Assembly (NCBI GenBank): GCA_951406725.2
Contig: OX597825.1
Span: 74,710,001-74,774,000, forward strand
DNA length: 64,000 nt
Direction: 5' to 3'
From: Octopus vulgaris
Lineage: Eukaryota
The translations under genes were made by a program, and so were the position numbers. This document shows, piece after piece, positions 40,120 through 53,928 of the stretch (position 1 is its first letter; every line of letters starts with the position of its first letter). The notes under the pieces were generated by a model. That model saw only the letters and a program-made list of their open reading frames with translations, was not told the origin of the DNA and ran no database searches.

Positions 40120-40349
40120 ATTTCTTTACTACCCACAAGGGGCTAAACACAGAGGAGACAAACAATGACATACAAACGGATTAAGTCGATTATATCGACC
40201 CCAGTGCGTAATTGGTACTTAATTTATCGACCCCGAAAGGATGAAAGGTAAAATGGACCTCGACGGAATTTGAACTCAGAACGTAACAGCAGACGAAATA
40301 CTGCAAAGCATTTCGCCCGGCGTGCTAACGTTTCAGCCAGCTCGCCGCC
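40120..40349 (-). mobile_element. SINE family A, full length
   Basis: 16-bp TSD tgcacaaagcacatat at 40104-40119 and 40350-40365. Confidence 0.92.
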
Positions 40350-40810
40350 TGCACAAAGCACATATCCAAACTACCAACAAATTAGCACAACATATAAACA
40401 TTAAAATAATCTAACACAACACATACTATTACACAATCGATGTCGTGTAAATTGTTGATATAACATCAACAATTTACATGATAAGCGTTCTGCACGTTTT
40501 CCTTACATTAATATAAAGCACATACTGTATATTATCACCACCTGACACTAAATTATAATGCTAATCGCACAGCACATACAAATTACAAACAACACTGCCC
40601 TTCGAAATAATACGGCTTACATTGGACGCATCCTTATAGACGAGACAGTAAAAGGATACTAGAAACTGCAAAGTAAATCCTACAGCATAACAAATTTGAT
40701 CTTAAATGCAAGCGGAAATTGTACAACCCTAGAAGATGTTAATGTACATAACCTCAGAATCCCAGAGCAGCATCTGGTAATGCAGCAGGAACTCGCATAA
40801 AACTGGCGAA

Positions 40811-40880
40811 ATGATGATGATGATAATAATAATAATTATTATTATTGTTGTTGTTGCTGCTGTTGTTGATGTTATTATTA

Positions 40881-40938
<58 letters not shown>

Positions 40939-40989
40939 CATTATTATTATTATTATTATTATTATTACTTATTATCATTATCATTATTA

Positions 40990-41026
<37 letters not shown>

Positions 41027-41046
41027 TATTATTATTAATATTATTA

Positions 41047-41109
<63 letters not shown>

Positions 41110-41138
41110 TCATTATTAATATTATTATTATCATTATT

Positions 41139-41179
<41 letters not shown>

Positions 41180-41184
41180 CATCA

Positions 41185-41218
<34 letters not shown>

Positions 41219-41223
41219 CATCA

Positions 41224-41269
<46 letters not shown>

Positions 41270-41313
41270 CATCATTATTATCATCATCATTATTATTATT
41301 ATTATTATTATTA

Positions 41314-41355
<42 letters not shown>

Positions 41356-41362
41356 GTATAAC

Positions 41363-41427
<65 letters not shown>

Positions 41428-41434
41428 GTATAAC

Positions 41435-41507
<73 letters not shown>
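40811..41507. repeat. Long (ATT)n/(ATC)n microsatellite, about 700 bp
   Basis: Direct inspection. Confidence 0.97.
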
Positions 41508-42231
41508 TTCTGCCTTTGGATTAAATGAGAACAAGTTACAGCTGAAGTGGATGGAATACTATTTAGATGAGAGAAACTTCTTATCCAAATCAGTGGAAAG
41601 CACTTAAAGCCAAAGAAAAGTCACTTCTCCACCAAAAGAAGGACGCCTCTTCAGTATTATAGTAAGTTCAATATAAGAGAATAGCAGAGATGGACAGCAA
41701 CTTTAATTTGCACAGTAGAGGGTACTTGTGGTTTTCGCTCTCTGAATAAGATGGCTTTCTATGTTGTAAAGTATGGCATGAAAGCTTTTAGATTTCATTG
41801 AATGAAAAAGCACGTAAACAGCTGTGTATTGGCAAATAATAATTACATCTTATGAAACTACACTCTCAACGAAAGGTATATGACTTCGTATCTATGTAAT
41901 AGATACATATTTTTCATAGGCTGGTTACTGGGATTTCTAAAATTATATTTGGTTATTGTTCAACTTCTTTGTTACCGTAAAATTCTGTTTGTGAATTTTT
42001 CATTATCTCTTTTCATTTTATGACACAATTATGGTGACTTCAACTGCACTCTCCCCTCAATATATAATTTCTGGATATTTGTGTCGCGGAAAGATTAACA
42101 GGTTACGGAAAACGTTGCAACGCTGGACAGTTTGTTTAAGGCGTATGCCATGTTTTACGTTTGTTTTTTTTCTATAATTTAAGTTCACCTGAGGTCATAT
42201 TTGATTTTTGTTTCATTGGATTAATTAAATC

Positions 42232-42326
42232 AGTAGTAGTAGTAGTAGTAGTAATATCAGCAGCAGCAGTAATAGTATTATTAATAGTAGTAGTATTAGT
42301 ATCAGCAGCAGCAGTAGTAGTAGTAT

Positions 42327-42386
<60 letters not shown>

Positions 42387-42620
42387 CAACAGTGGTTATT
42401 GTAGAATCGGTGGTGGTAGTAGTAGTGGTGGTGGTGGTGGTGGTGGTGGTGATGCTAGTGGTGGTGTGTGGTGGTGGCGGTGGTGGTTAAGATATTAACG
42501 ACAGTAGCAGTAGTCGTAGTAGTTGTTGTGGTTGCTGTAATAGTAGTAGTAGTAGGAAGAGGAGGAGGAGGAGGAGGAGGAGGAGGTGGTGGTGGTGGTG
42601 GAGGAGGAGGAGGAGGAGAA
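42232..42620. repeat. Compound (AGT)/(AGC)/(GGT)/(GGA) trinucleotide block, copy 1
   Basis: Shares unique interruptions with 47330-47610. Confidence 0.9.
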
Positions 42621-42758
42621 GTTTGGTTCCAGCTTAGTTCTGTCTGAGAAAACTAATGAACAAAGGTAATTCCAGCTGTAATTAGCAGGTCTTTTGTTTT
42701 TAGACACATTGTATCTACAACTACATTATTCGTTATGGCCTTCCATTTTCTTTATCAT

Positions 42759-43056
42759 TCGTTTGTTCCTGCCTGGCTCATTAGGGCCGGTTTCCCGGTT
42801 TCCTTGGCGTATAGGTTGCCCACCTGGACAGGACGCCACCTGGACGTCGCAGGTGAGTTGCAAGATGCAGGAGGAAAGAGTGAGAGAAAGTTGTGGCGAA
42901 AGAGTCAGCAGAAGTTAGCCATTACCTTCTGCCGGAGCCGCGTGGAGCTTAGGTGTTCGGCTCATATACACACACACATCACCCGGTCTGAGATTCGAAC
43001 TCGCGATCCTTCGACCGCGTGTCCGCTGCTCTAACCACTAGGCCATGTGCCTCTAC
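42759..43056 (-). mobile_element. SINE family E
   Basis: Homologous to 19786-20092; 12-bp TSD tttctttatcat at 42747-42758 and 43057-43068. Confidence 0.9.
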
Positions 43057-43488
43057 TTTCTTTATCATGGTGAGTATTATTTGACAGAGGTTTGGCAATT
43101 ATTTCAGGCAAGTAAAGTGATAAGAAACATTACTGGAATCAAACATATAATAGGATCACTTGAGATGTATAGAGTGTCAACTTCTGTAGAGAGGTGAAAT
43201 ATCCTCCGGCTTTGGAGAGAAAGACCACATTTTGCGTTGCGCTTGCTTTCATCGGAAAGAGATTCATGATGATAGTGGTGCCCAAAACTAGGAGCGACTA
43301 TAAAAGTGACTGTAGCTAGGTGCCGGCTACGTTTAGAGATGGTGCAGTGTTTTTTCATGATATCTACAGCCTACATACAAGGCCTCAGATTGTCGCCCGT
43401 ATTGTAGAGTAAGCATGGAAACTATATCTACACGCTCTTCGTTAATTTGTCTACGGTTGCCTAAATAGTATATTGTATGTGATAACTA

Positions 43489-44041
43489 TTGGGTTGTCCG
43501 GAAAGTTCGTGCCGATTTATAGTATCTTACCTTTCGACTTACTTTTAGAACATGGTTGAGTCCATAAAAAAGGATTTGACTACACCTCCTTTTAGAGTAC
43601 AGTTTAAGCTAACTTTTCGTGGAAGAAGGTTTATGTTCCTATAACCTGTGTTAATTCTGTAACCCTTCAAATTGGAAGGTAAAGTTCATTTTTGGCACTT
43701 GATACTTTGCTAACCAGACAAAAATTGCTGCAGCTCGGCTGGGATGTGTTACCCTACCCTTCATATTGTGCCTAAGGATTTCCACTTATTCAGGCCTCTG
43801 CAGAATAGTCTTAATGGTAAAAATTTCAATTCCTTGGATGACGTAAAAAGATACCTTGATGAATTCTTTGCCATGAAACCACCTCAGTTCTGGGAAGCGC
43901 GTATTTTCAAGTTAAAGGAAAGATGAAGACACATTGTGCAACAAAATGGTTCATATTTGGTTGATTAAAAATATAATGGCAAGTATTTATTGACTTTTTT
44001 CTTTCCTTTAAAAATCGGCACGAACTTTCCGGACAACCCAA
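43489..44041 (+). mobile_element. Internally deleted mariner element
   Basis: Perfect 30-bp TIRs ttgggttgtccggaaagttcgtgccgattt with TA TSD; transposase C-terminus KLLQLGWDVLP...DFHLFRPLQNSLNGKNFNSLDDVKRYLDEFFAMKPPQFWEARIFKLKER. Confidence 0.95.
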
Positions 44042-44274
44042 TACTTTTCATTAAAATGGAGTACTGAGCGTTTCAGTTCTTCCTATGGATCTAGATTCAT
44101 ACAAAATAGATTTCATTTACCCTCTGACTCAATCAACTTTTCCTTTCATCCGTTCACGGTCGATGAGTTCCAGTTGAGCACTGGGGGGGGGGGGCGATGT
44201 AATCTACTTGCCCCTCCACCGAAATTGCTGGCATTGCGCCAAAATTTGAAACTATATTATATTTTTTATATTAT

Positions 44275-44789
44275 ACTAGCAGTATCGCCCGGCGTTGCTC
44301 GGGTTTGTAAGGGAAATAACTATATAAACATTTTTAGAGAGTTACTTCCTTTATAGATGCCAATTCGGGCTTTCTTAGCCATTTCTGTTTTGGTGTCTTC
44401 AAGCCATGAAGTCGTTGTTCTAAAAGAACGCTGGTCTCCTTGACAACGCATTACGACGTTGATTTCCTTAAACTCCCTTCCCCACAGCTTCACGAGGGAG
44501 GGAAGAAGGGGGAGAAGCAAACAGGTGCAGGTGTGACCATGGACGCCAACTCCGCCGCCATCGACACACGAAAAATTATGCATTAAAATGGAATAAAAAT
44601 TGATGTTAAATTATTTTTAAAATCGTAGACTCATCGTAGACGCGCGCTAATACCCAGACTGGCTCGATATGAATCACGACTATAAGATACCCGAATTTGG
44701 TTAAAGTGCACCGCAAAATGTGGGAGTAGTTAGGAATCTAAATCGAAGGGGACAGACACTCACAAAACTACAGTTTTATATAGAGAGAT
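44275..44789 (+). mobile_element. Non-autonomous Helentron/HINE-like element, copy 3
   Basis: actagcagtatcgcccggcgttgctcgggtttgtaagggaaataactata (shared with copy 1) ... gacagacactcacaaaactacagttttatatagagagat. Confidence 0.7.
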
Positions 44790-45189
44790 ATATGGAAGAC
44801 CAAAATATCATAAAATATCAAACTGAGTTTTCGTTTCGTTTTGTTTGTGGGATTTTTGTTGGGTATTTTTTGTTGTTATTTTTCAGGATTTCCGTTTGAA
44901 TAGAAATGGATCAACATTTTCGTTTATTATCATTATATATTTAATCTTAATTTTTATTAGAATGAGCTGAAAGAGGTTATCGCTTATAATTAATTAACAA
45001 AATATATAAAAGCTGCATAAAGTACTTGAAGTGACGCCTATTGATCGATTTTAGAATATCAACTAAATATTAATTAAAATGAATGTGACAAAAATAACTA
45101 AATTCACTTGTTTTTTTCGTTGTTTACTTCAACTACTTCATTTTGGATACTAACTTCCGTTTGCTTAGTGATGTTGTTGTTTATTTGTG

Positions 45190-45348
45190 GTTCTAGTGAT
45201 TGTGGTGATAGTGGTGGTGGTAGTGGCGGTGTTGGTGGTGCTTATGCTTGTACCGTTGGCATTGGTGCTGGAGCTGGTAGTGGTGGTAGTGGTGGTGGTG
45301 GTGGTGGAGGTGGAGGTGGTGATGGTGGTGGTGGAGATGCTGGAGTTG

Positions 45349-45380
<32 letters not shown>

Positions 45381-45513
45381 GGTGGTGGTGGTGATAGTGG
45401 TGGTGGCGGTGGTGGTGGTGCTTATGCTTGTACCGTTGGCATTGGTGCTGGAGCTGGTGATGGTGGTGGTGGAGGTGCTGGAGCTGGTGGTGGTGGTGGA
45501 GGTGCTGGAGTTG

Positions 45514-45545
<32 letters not shown>

Positions 45546-45937
45546 GGTGGTGGTGGTGGTGGTGGTGGTGGTGGTGATGGTGGTTGTTTTGGTGGTGTTG
45601 GTGCTGGTGCTGGTGCTGGAGGTGCTGGTGATGGTGATGGTGATGGTGGTGGTGAAGGTGATGGTGATGGTGATGGTGAAGGTGCTGGTGATGGTGGTGG
45701 TGGTGGTGGTGGTGGTGGTGATGATGGTGTTCGTGGTGGTGGTGGTGGTGCTGGTGCTGGAGGTGCTGGAGGTGCTGGTGCTGGTGCTGGTGTTGATGCT
45801 AGAGGTGCTGGTGATGGTGGTGGTGGTGGTGTCAGTTGTGAAGGTAGAGGTAGTCGTGGTGGTGCCTGTGGTGCTAGTGGCGGGTACTGGTGGTGTTAGT
45901 GGTGTTGTTGTTGTTGTTGGTGGTGGTGGTGGGGGGG
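45190..45937. repeat. (GGT)n/(GCT)n/(GTT)n low-complexity tract with an internal ~180-bp tandem duplication
   Basis: ggtgcttatgcttgtaccgttggcattggtgctggagctggt occurs at ~45237 and ~45417. Confidence 0.9.
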
Positions 45938-46249
45938 ATCATATTTGATTCAATTTTTTTCTGTAACTTTTTTTGTTTTCTTTTTCTGCTAATAATATTT
46001 GAAAAATTAAATTGGTTTGCGGCAGTTTATGATTTTCTATTTGAACATACCTTTTGTACGTTTTGCTTCTTGGTCTTTTTTTTTTTTCAATTATGTGTGT
46101 TTTATGACGCATATTCATATGCGCATGTGCATGCGGTAGGGGTTTTGAAGAGTATGTTCATCTTTGTGTCTTTGCATTTGCGTGTTCATGTGTGCACCTG
46201 TATATGTTCGCATACGAGGTGTTTATACAGGTTCTCCTCTGTACGTATA

Positions 46250-46278
46250 CCCACATACACACACACACACACATATAA

Positions 46279-46327
<49 letters not shown>

Positions 46328-46443
46328 CATAATATAAATGCAGACATATACACATATATGTATAAACGTATATACAGAAATATATGTAAATACAAACAAT
46401 ATATATATATACATATATATATGAATTATATATATGTATATGC

Positions 46444-46481
<38 letters not shown>

Positions 46482-46630
46482 ACTTACATACATTTATGTA
46501 TATATATACATATTCATACACATATACAGACATATATAATCATATACACACAACATACATATATATGTATGTACATATATAACCATATGCACATCCACAT
46601 ATATAACCATATGCATATACATATATATAC

Positions 46631-46675
<45 letters not shown>

Positions 46676-46705
46676 TGTATGTGTGTAAATATATATATGT
46701 ATATT
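46250..46705. repeat. Compound (CA)/(TG)/(TA) microsatellite
   Basis: Direct inspection. Confidence 0.95.
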
Positions 46706-47249
46706 TGTGAGTATGTGTATTTATACTTGTTTGGTGATGCGAGTAAAACGTGACTGTAGAAATTTTCTCTTCTCTTAAACACTAAATGAAGAGTGTTATT
46801 ACCAGGGAGTTAATCAAACTTGAAGGAGAAGCAAAAATAATTTTGGGGGTTTTTTGTTTGTTTGTTTGATTGATTCTGTTTTTTTTTGTTTGTTTGTTTG
46901 TTTGTTTTTTTTTTGATAAGGTAAGCGATGAGAAAGAGAAAAGCAGAAGTAGAAAGAGAAAAAGAAAGATAGAAAAGGGAAAGGAAAAGGAAAAGCAATC
47001 AAAATGAAAAACGATTGTAAAAAAAAGAGAAAAGAAAAGAAGGAAACAAGGAATTAGGTCAGGTTAAGACATTATAGAGTATTCATTAAGAAAACAAAGA
47101 ATACTAATTAAAAACATTATCTTAGAGAAGATTACTTAAATTATCAAACCAGATGAAATATTTTCAAGAAAAAAATTCAGTTTCAATATTATTACAATTA
47201 CGATTATAAATACGTATTTTATTATATTATTTTTTATCATAGTTATTAT

Positions 47250-47255
47250 TGCGAC

Positions 47256-47299
<44 letters not shown>

Positions 47300-47563
47300 T
47301 TGCGACTAGTAGTAGTAGTGGTAGTAATAGTAGTAGTAGTAGTATCACCAGCAGCAGTAATAGTATTAGTAATAGTAGTAGTAGTAGTATCACCAGCAGC
47401 AGTAGTAGTGGCAACAGCGGTTATTGTAGCATTGGTGGTGGTAGTAGTAGTGGTGGTGGTGGTGGTGGTGGTGATGCTAGTGGTGGTGTGTAGTGGTGGC
47501 GGTGGTGGTTAAGATATTAACGAGAGTAGCAGTAGTCGTAGTAGTTGTTGTGGTTGCTGTAGC

Positions 47564-47608
<45 letters not shown>

Positions 47609-47622
47609 TGTTGTTGTTGTTG
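47250..47622. repeat. Compound (AGT)/(AGC)/(GGT) trinucleotide block, copy 2
   Basis: Paralogous to 42232-42560. Confidence 0.9.
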
Positions 47623-47996
47623 CTGTGTCTCACAAAAGAGTAATACTTCAACCATTTATTCTGCCTCTTTAATACAAACCAAAACTCAGTAAGACTGCGT
47701 ACTTGTCGTCTTAACAAAAGATTTTAAAACTTTGTATTACTCTTCACTGTATCCGAATATATTTTTCGATATTATGCATAAGAACCAGTTATGATTTCGC
47801 AGTCTTCTCAACCGTTAATTTCTTAAAAGGAAATTTTTTTTTTAACAAAAGCTTTTTTACTGGAGGGAACATTTACAAATACCATTTCTAATGGAGTCTG
47901 CCTTCGAGGATTTCTGAGAATGGTATAAGAAATATATGTGTCGCGCGCCCCGTGTAAGTGTGTGTACAAACACGTATATGTTCGTATGTATGTATG

Positions 47997-48049
<53 letters not shown>

Positions 48050-48168
48050 CACACACATATATATGCTTTATATATACATAGATGTATATATATATATATG
48101 CGTATATATACATTATATATATATACATTTTGTATATATGTATATATGTATTATATATACATAGGTAT

Positions 48169-48214
<46 letters not shown>

Positions 48215-48582
48215 TATATATATGCGTGTGTGAGTGCGCGCGTGTGTGTGTGTATGTGTTATTAAAAATATATATATTGAACCAGGGGATTAGAAAAGTT
48301 TTTGGATTTATTTATTCATTATTACACATGTTCCATCTGCTAAAAAGAAATTGTACATGTAGGATATATCTTAATGCTTCTCCTACATGTACAAATGTGT
48401 GGCTCTTATTAGTCACTGAAACATATCTAATAATGAATAAACGATAATATATATAATTAAGAGAAATAATCTCTATTAAGCAATTCAATAATGAAAGACA
48501 TTATCCATATTATATAGAAAAAATTTAAATATGCTATATAAATATTATTCAAAAAATCAATAAATTAAATAAACATTAAATT

Positions 48583-48680
48583 GACTACGCGCGTTTCGTG
48601 ACTATATCTTTAAATCGATAATAATAAAATCGATGCTATTAAAATTAATTCGATTTAAAAATATAGCCACTCTTCAAGTC
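48583..48680 (-). ncRNA. Type I hammerhead ribozyme motif (C3U variant), left arm
   Basis: Minus strand gac-TTGAAGA-gtggctatatttttaaatcga...tcgatttaaagatatagtcac-GAAA-cgcgcg-TA-gtc. Confidence 0.7.
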
Positions 48681-48815
48681 TAAAATAATAAAATACATGT
48701 TCTTCAATAAGATAAGTTGTGAATTCTTTTTTCATTTATATTGTTAAATTCTATTCGATTATTTATTGTTTAATCTGTTTATTTGTTAGATACATACATT
48801 TATTTTATTAGTTTA

Positions 48816-48913
48816 GACCTGAAGAGTGACTATATTTTTAAATCGAATTAATTTTGATAGTATCGATTTTATTACTATCGATTTAAAGATATAGTCACGA
48901 AACGCGCGTAGTC
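48816..48913 (+). ncRNA. Type I hammerhead ribozyme motif, right arm
   Basis: gac-CTGAAGA-gtgactatatttttaaatcga...tcgatttaaagatatagtcac-GAAA-cgcgcg-TA-gtc; 21-bp stem II with one G-U, palindromic stem III, GUA site (cleavage predicted after 48910). Confidence 0.82.
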
Positions 48914-49125
48914 ATTTTGATGGTTATTTAATTTATTGCTTTTTAAATAATATCTATTATAGTATATTTAATTTTTTTCTATTTAATATGGATAATGTCT
49001 TTCACTACTGAATTGCTTAATAATGGTTACTTCTCATAATTATATACATATATTATGTATCGTGAAATTTGATTTAGAATTGCTAAATTGAATTTTCCCT
49101 GTAAGTTTGGAATTATATTCCTTAC

Positions 49126-49191
<66 letters not shown>

Positions 49192-49357
49192 CTAATAGGC
49201 GGAGTAAACCGGAAATTTGTAAACTTGTCCCAAATGCTTGCAACAACGTAAACTCCATCAAAGAAACCAAATCAGTGATGTTAAAGTGAGTGACATATTA
49301 AGTCTGCACCTTCAAGATAAACCCATACACTCACACACCTCTTACATACAAACACGC

Positions 49358-49403
<46 letters not shown>

Positions 49404-49537
49404 ACAAGCACACAAGCATAAGTGTGTGTATGCACATGCATGCGCATATGCACGTTTGGATTGACGACAATTATTGACTTCACTAGTATCAACTTGCATT
49501 AATTTTAATTCTAACTTTATTTTCTGTATTTACTATA

Positions 49538-49774
49538 CAGTAATCCCTCGCCATATCGCAGTTCATCTATCACGGTTCACCTTTCGCGGTTTATTATTTC
49601 AGCTTACGTCGACTCCTCCGTGGTGATGTTTTGCATTTATAATAAAATAAATATATACAAATTATAAAAATAGTAAAAGAAAATATACAGTACAATATTA
49701 TTTCTACTTCGCAGATTTTCACCTATCGCTGGAGATTTTGGAACGTAACACCCGCGATAGTTGAAGAATTACTG
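49538..49774. mobile_element. pogo/Tigger-like MITE
   Basis: TA|cagtaatccctcgccatatcgc ... gcgatagttgaagaattactg|TA. Confidence 0.8.
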
Positions 49775-52122
49775 TATTCCCACTCTTTCATTGCTCTTAT
49801 TGTGTCAAGTACCACGTCTAAATGAGAATTCTAGAATCTCATTTTCTGTTTTATAATATCAGTAGTCAATACAGTATCCTAAAGCTAAGCTATAAAAAAT
49901 GTGACAATTTTATGAAAAATACCCAGCATTAACAGACAAATGTCTTTGCATTAAATTATTACAACTAATTCCCTTCCAGTTTCTATACGCATTTTAAATG
50001 CTTGACATGTTATATTTTCAAGTACGTACACTAATTTTGTTCTAGCCCTGTTAGCTTTCGTACAAGTCAGTTAATGTTTTGTTTATAGATTTCTATAACG
50101 GAAGAAGCATTTTCGGTTTAGCTCAGAACGTCCAGAGTATTTGTCACTGAGGGAACAGATAAAGGTTGAAACAGTGTCTGGTGATTCACCGGTGTTATAG
50201 GTAAAGCCTTAAGTGTTTAATACATAAGTGTATTTGAGAAGTTTCTCTAAGACATAATATGATATCTAGGGCTGTTCCATGTTTGTAAACACATAAATAT
50301 TATGCATACCGGTTTCGTAAATATTTACATATTCTGATAGCGGCGAAATGGGAGAATCATCAAAGAATCGGTCAAAATATTTTGCAACATTCAGTTACGG
50401 CTCATTAACTTCTAGGATGCAATCTCACCGAAGTCAACATTGCCTTTCATCATTTAAGGGTCGATAAAATTAAGTATCATTCAAGGTCTTAGATCGACAA
50501 AAACATCGATAGTTCCCCTCCCTCAAAATTTATAGCTTTGTATGTATACTAGAAGCATCATCCGCTCATTCTTCCGAAGGTTGCAGGTAGACGGAATGGT
50601 AGTGTGTCATATTAAACGCGGTGTAGCTATATCATTTATATTCTTATTTCATATTCAATAGAGATCGACTTTTCTTTTCTTTATTTTTTTTTAGCTTCCC
50701 ACTATCAGTAAACTAAGCACTATTTATGTACTAGTTTATTCAATGAACATTTTTTCTGTGACATTTTCTCAATGCTATAACTCATTGTTTGTTTTATTCC
50801 TTTTACTTTCCTCCATCTCACTATTTCTTTAATTGGCCCTTGCATCCTTAAATCCATTCTAATTAGAACGTGTTACCAGCTATTAAATCCGATGCTTAAC
50901 TGAACGTCCTCGTTAGCAGTTTCTGTCTGATTTACACTAAGAACAGATATGTGGGCGAATCTCATGTCGAGATAATCGAAGCAGAAACTTCACTAGAAAT
51001 TATTGAAGAATGTAATTCATCTTAAGTAACCTTTAATATATCATGATTATGTCCGCAGGGGACATAAACGTGACATTTTTATAAACATTTCTTTTTACAA
51101 AATAAAAAGAAAAATCTAGCTTTTTTATACAATTCAGCTTCATATGACAAAATATATATAATTTGTATGAATATAAATATCATCACTGCTAATTATTTTA
51201 ATTGGGGGTCTTGAAACTGAAAAAGGAAAAGCCATAATTATTAAGTAAAACTCAATTGAGAAATAATTATACTTTCTAGTATAGTTAATCCGTTTTTGTC
51301 CTAGTTTTAAAAAGTCTAATAACTCGTGGATACTTTATCAGTGGAGATCTTTCCTCAAATTACTTCGTCACCATGATGTGAACCGTTGACAAGCCAGACC
51401 TCGGATGACTTCTTTTCTCCAAACTACAAATCCATAAGAAAATCTGAAGACAGTCTTATAAGGCAATACAGCACTCGTTATTTTACAGTGTTGCCACTAC
51501 TTACAGCACCGAGCTGGCATCATAGCACCTGAAATTACTTCGTCACCATGATATGCATAGATAACAACAGAGCCACTGCTCTTCTCCAAACTTTGTGACA
51601 CGTTCGGTGGAAGAAAGAATACAGAACAAACTTATAAAAATTGATTTTTCTTAAATCTTAAAATATATTTCAAATCTCAGCTTCATCCATGCCAAATAAA
51701 TAAATTCACACTATTTCTCAGTGAAATTTAAGTCGGAAGATCATTAATGAACCAGCGATGGATGGGCTCAGGAAATTCCATACGTTGTAGAAACAAATAG
51801 CTACCTAAACAATTAAATCTATAAACTAACCATTAAATTTTGATTGAGATAATTAGAAGAAGCTTCTCTGAGTTTATATGTATGTGTGTGTGTGTATGAA
51901 TATGCGTATATATGTACATAACATACACACATACACACACACGCACATATATGTGTGTGTATTTATGTATGTATATCCTTTAAGTTCGTTTACCTAAACG
52001 TCTTGAATATGAACATAAATACTACTATTTCATTATGCCAGCTACAGCCTAATGATGTCAGCAGACAATACCAGCTTTTGGGGTCGCACCGAGCTGTGCC
52101 GATATAACGTGGGATAAATATA

Positions 52123-52357
52123 CTTTTCTACTCTAAGCACAAGGCTCGAAAGTTTTGGAGAGGGGGCCAGTCGATTAGATTGCCCCCAGTACGCAACTGG
52201 TACTTAGTTTATCGATCCAGAAAGGATGAAAGGAAAGTCGACCTCGGTTGAATTTGAACTTAGAACGTAAATACAGACGAAATACCTATTTCTTTACTAC
52301 CCACAAGGGCTGAACACAGAGAGGACAAGCATGGACAGATAAACGGATTAAGTCGAT
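52123..52357 (-). mobile_element. Two abutting SINE family A fragments
   Basis: Core (aaggatgaaaggaaagtcgacctcgg) followed by a second tail (ttctttactacccacaagggc). Confidence 0.8.
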
Positions 52358-52990
52358 TAATATATATTACATAATATAGTTCTGAGTCCATAATTTCTAA
52401 AATAATAGTTGGAACGTCCATGGTTGGAATGCCTTCGAGCATGAGTCTAGTCTAATCTTGTAGGCCTGGCTAAGAGCTTCACAATAAAAGCGACAATGAA
52501 GTTACAATAGAATTTTATATATTCTGAAAGACCATCTTTTATCTGTTTATGGGAATTATTTACTTTGCAACATATAAATCAGATTAATAAGATTTATCAT
52601 ATTAATGGAGACGAGAACTGGATGATCGGTGAGGTGGCGTGAACCAGAATTGAATTATCTAATAAGCTAATTAACTCTCATCAGAATTCTAATATCTTAA
52701 CCAACAGATTGATCAGCATATTAATGAAGCCATTAGGGTAGAATTCTTACTTTGGTGATTATTGCTAAGAAATTACATAAATCTGAGAATACTCGCCAAC
52801 TAAAGACAAATCAATTATAAATTGTTGATGCTTTTCTCGGCGGAACAAGATATCAGTGTGCGGTACCTTGATACGTCAGTGTAGATTGAGGTCATTCAGT
52901 GCATTGGTTATGGATAGTAATAGTAACATGTACACACCTTTAACACATTTGTTGTTGCCTTCAGCTATACTGACAGCATTCCACGCTTCC

Positions 52991-53109
<119 letters not shown>

Positions 53110-53121
53110 TATATAAGTATG

Positions 53122-53188
<67 letters not shown>

Positions 53189-53319
53189 TCAAAATTAAAA
53201 AATAAAAGGTTAGTCCTCTACTGCAATTTCGAAGTTGGGAACCAAAAGTGGAGCCCATTTTCTCTTCAGAAGATATCTGTGCCTGTATATATGTGTGTGT
53301 GGAGGGGTGTATATGCTGT

Positions 53320-53635
53320 TAAGATCCCCTTCGGTCATTACTGAGCATGGGATTGCACCTAGAAAGTTACTCTCCCAGGCACAAGTCTGGGCAAGGTTGT
53401 TTTTATGAAAGACTGGCAGTCACCCATGCATACCAGCCTCTCCTTTCCACGCCACCAGTGTTATCCAAGGGAAAGGCAAAGGGGTCGATACAACTTGGCA
53501 CCTGTGATTTCGCAACTCATTTCTACAGCTTAGAGAACTGCAGCAACGTAAAATAAATAACACAACACGCAGCCCGGTCCGGGAATCGAACTCACAACCT
53601 CACGACCGTAAGCTCGACGCTCTAACCACTGAGCC

Positions 53636-53638
<3 letters not shown>
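53320..53638 (-). mobile_element. SINE family C, followed by tandem re-duplications of its head end (53681-53700, 53803-53874)
   Basis: Homology to 8489-8815; tctaaccactgagccatgt(ATAT)n repeated three times. Confidence 0.88.
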
Positions 53639-53672
<34 letters not shown>

Positions 53673-53696
53673 AGGAAAAATTCTAACCACTGAGCC

Positions 53697-53739
<43 letters not shown>

Positions 53740-53871
53740 AGGAAAAATTCTATAAGAAAGGAACTCTAATCTCTCTTTTATATTTTGATAAGCATAACAA
53801 ATGCGCAGCCCGGTCCGGGAATCGAACTCACAACCTCACGACCGTAAGCTCGACGCTCTAACCACTGAGCC

Positions 53872-53928
<57 letters not shown>

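Larger units (their letters stand above)
48441..49063. repeat. ~620-bp foldback (inverted repeat, ~260-bp arms, ~90-bp spacer)
   Basis: 48441-48700 is the reverse complement of 48792-49063 with scattered substitutions. Confidence 0.92.

Noticed and set aside
40729-41534. Poly-I/N/L ORFs
   Set aside because: (ATT)n microsatellite
45108-45899. 263-aa Gly-rich ORF with a hydrophobic N-terminus (looks like a secreted glycine-rich protein)
   Set aside because: TTG start; consists of (GGT)n/(GTT)n slippage with an overlapping equally open poly-Val frame; similar trinucleotide tracts are common in this window
50089-50200. Splice-flanked segment (tttatag ... gtaaag)
   Set aside because: Stop codons in all three frames; no support as a coding exon
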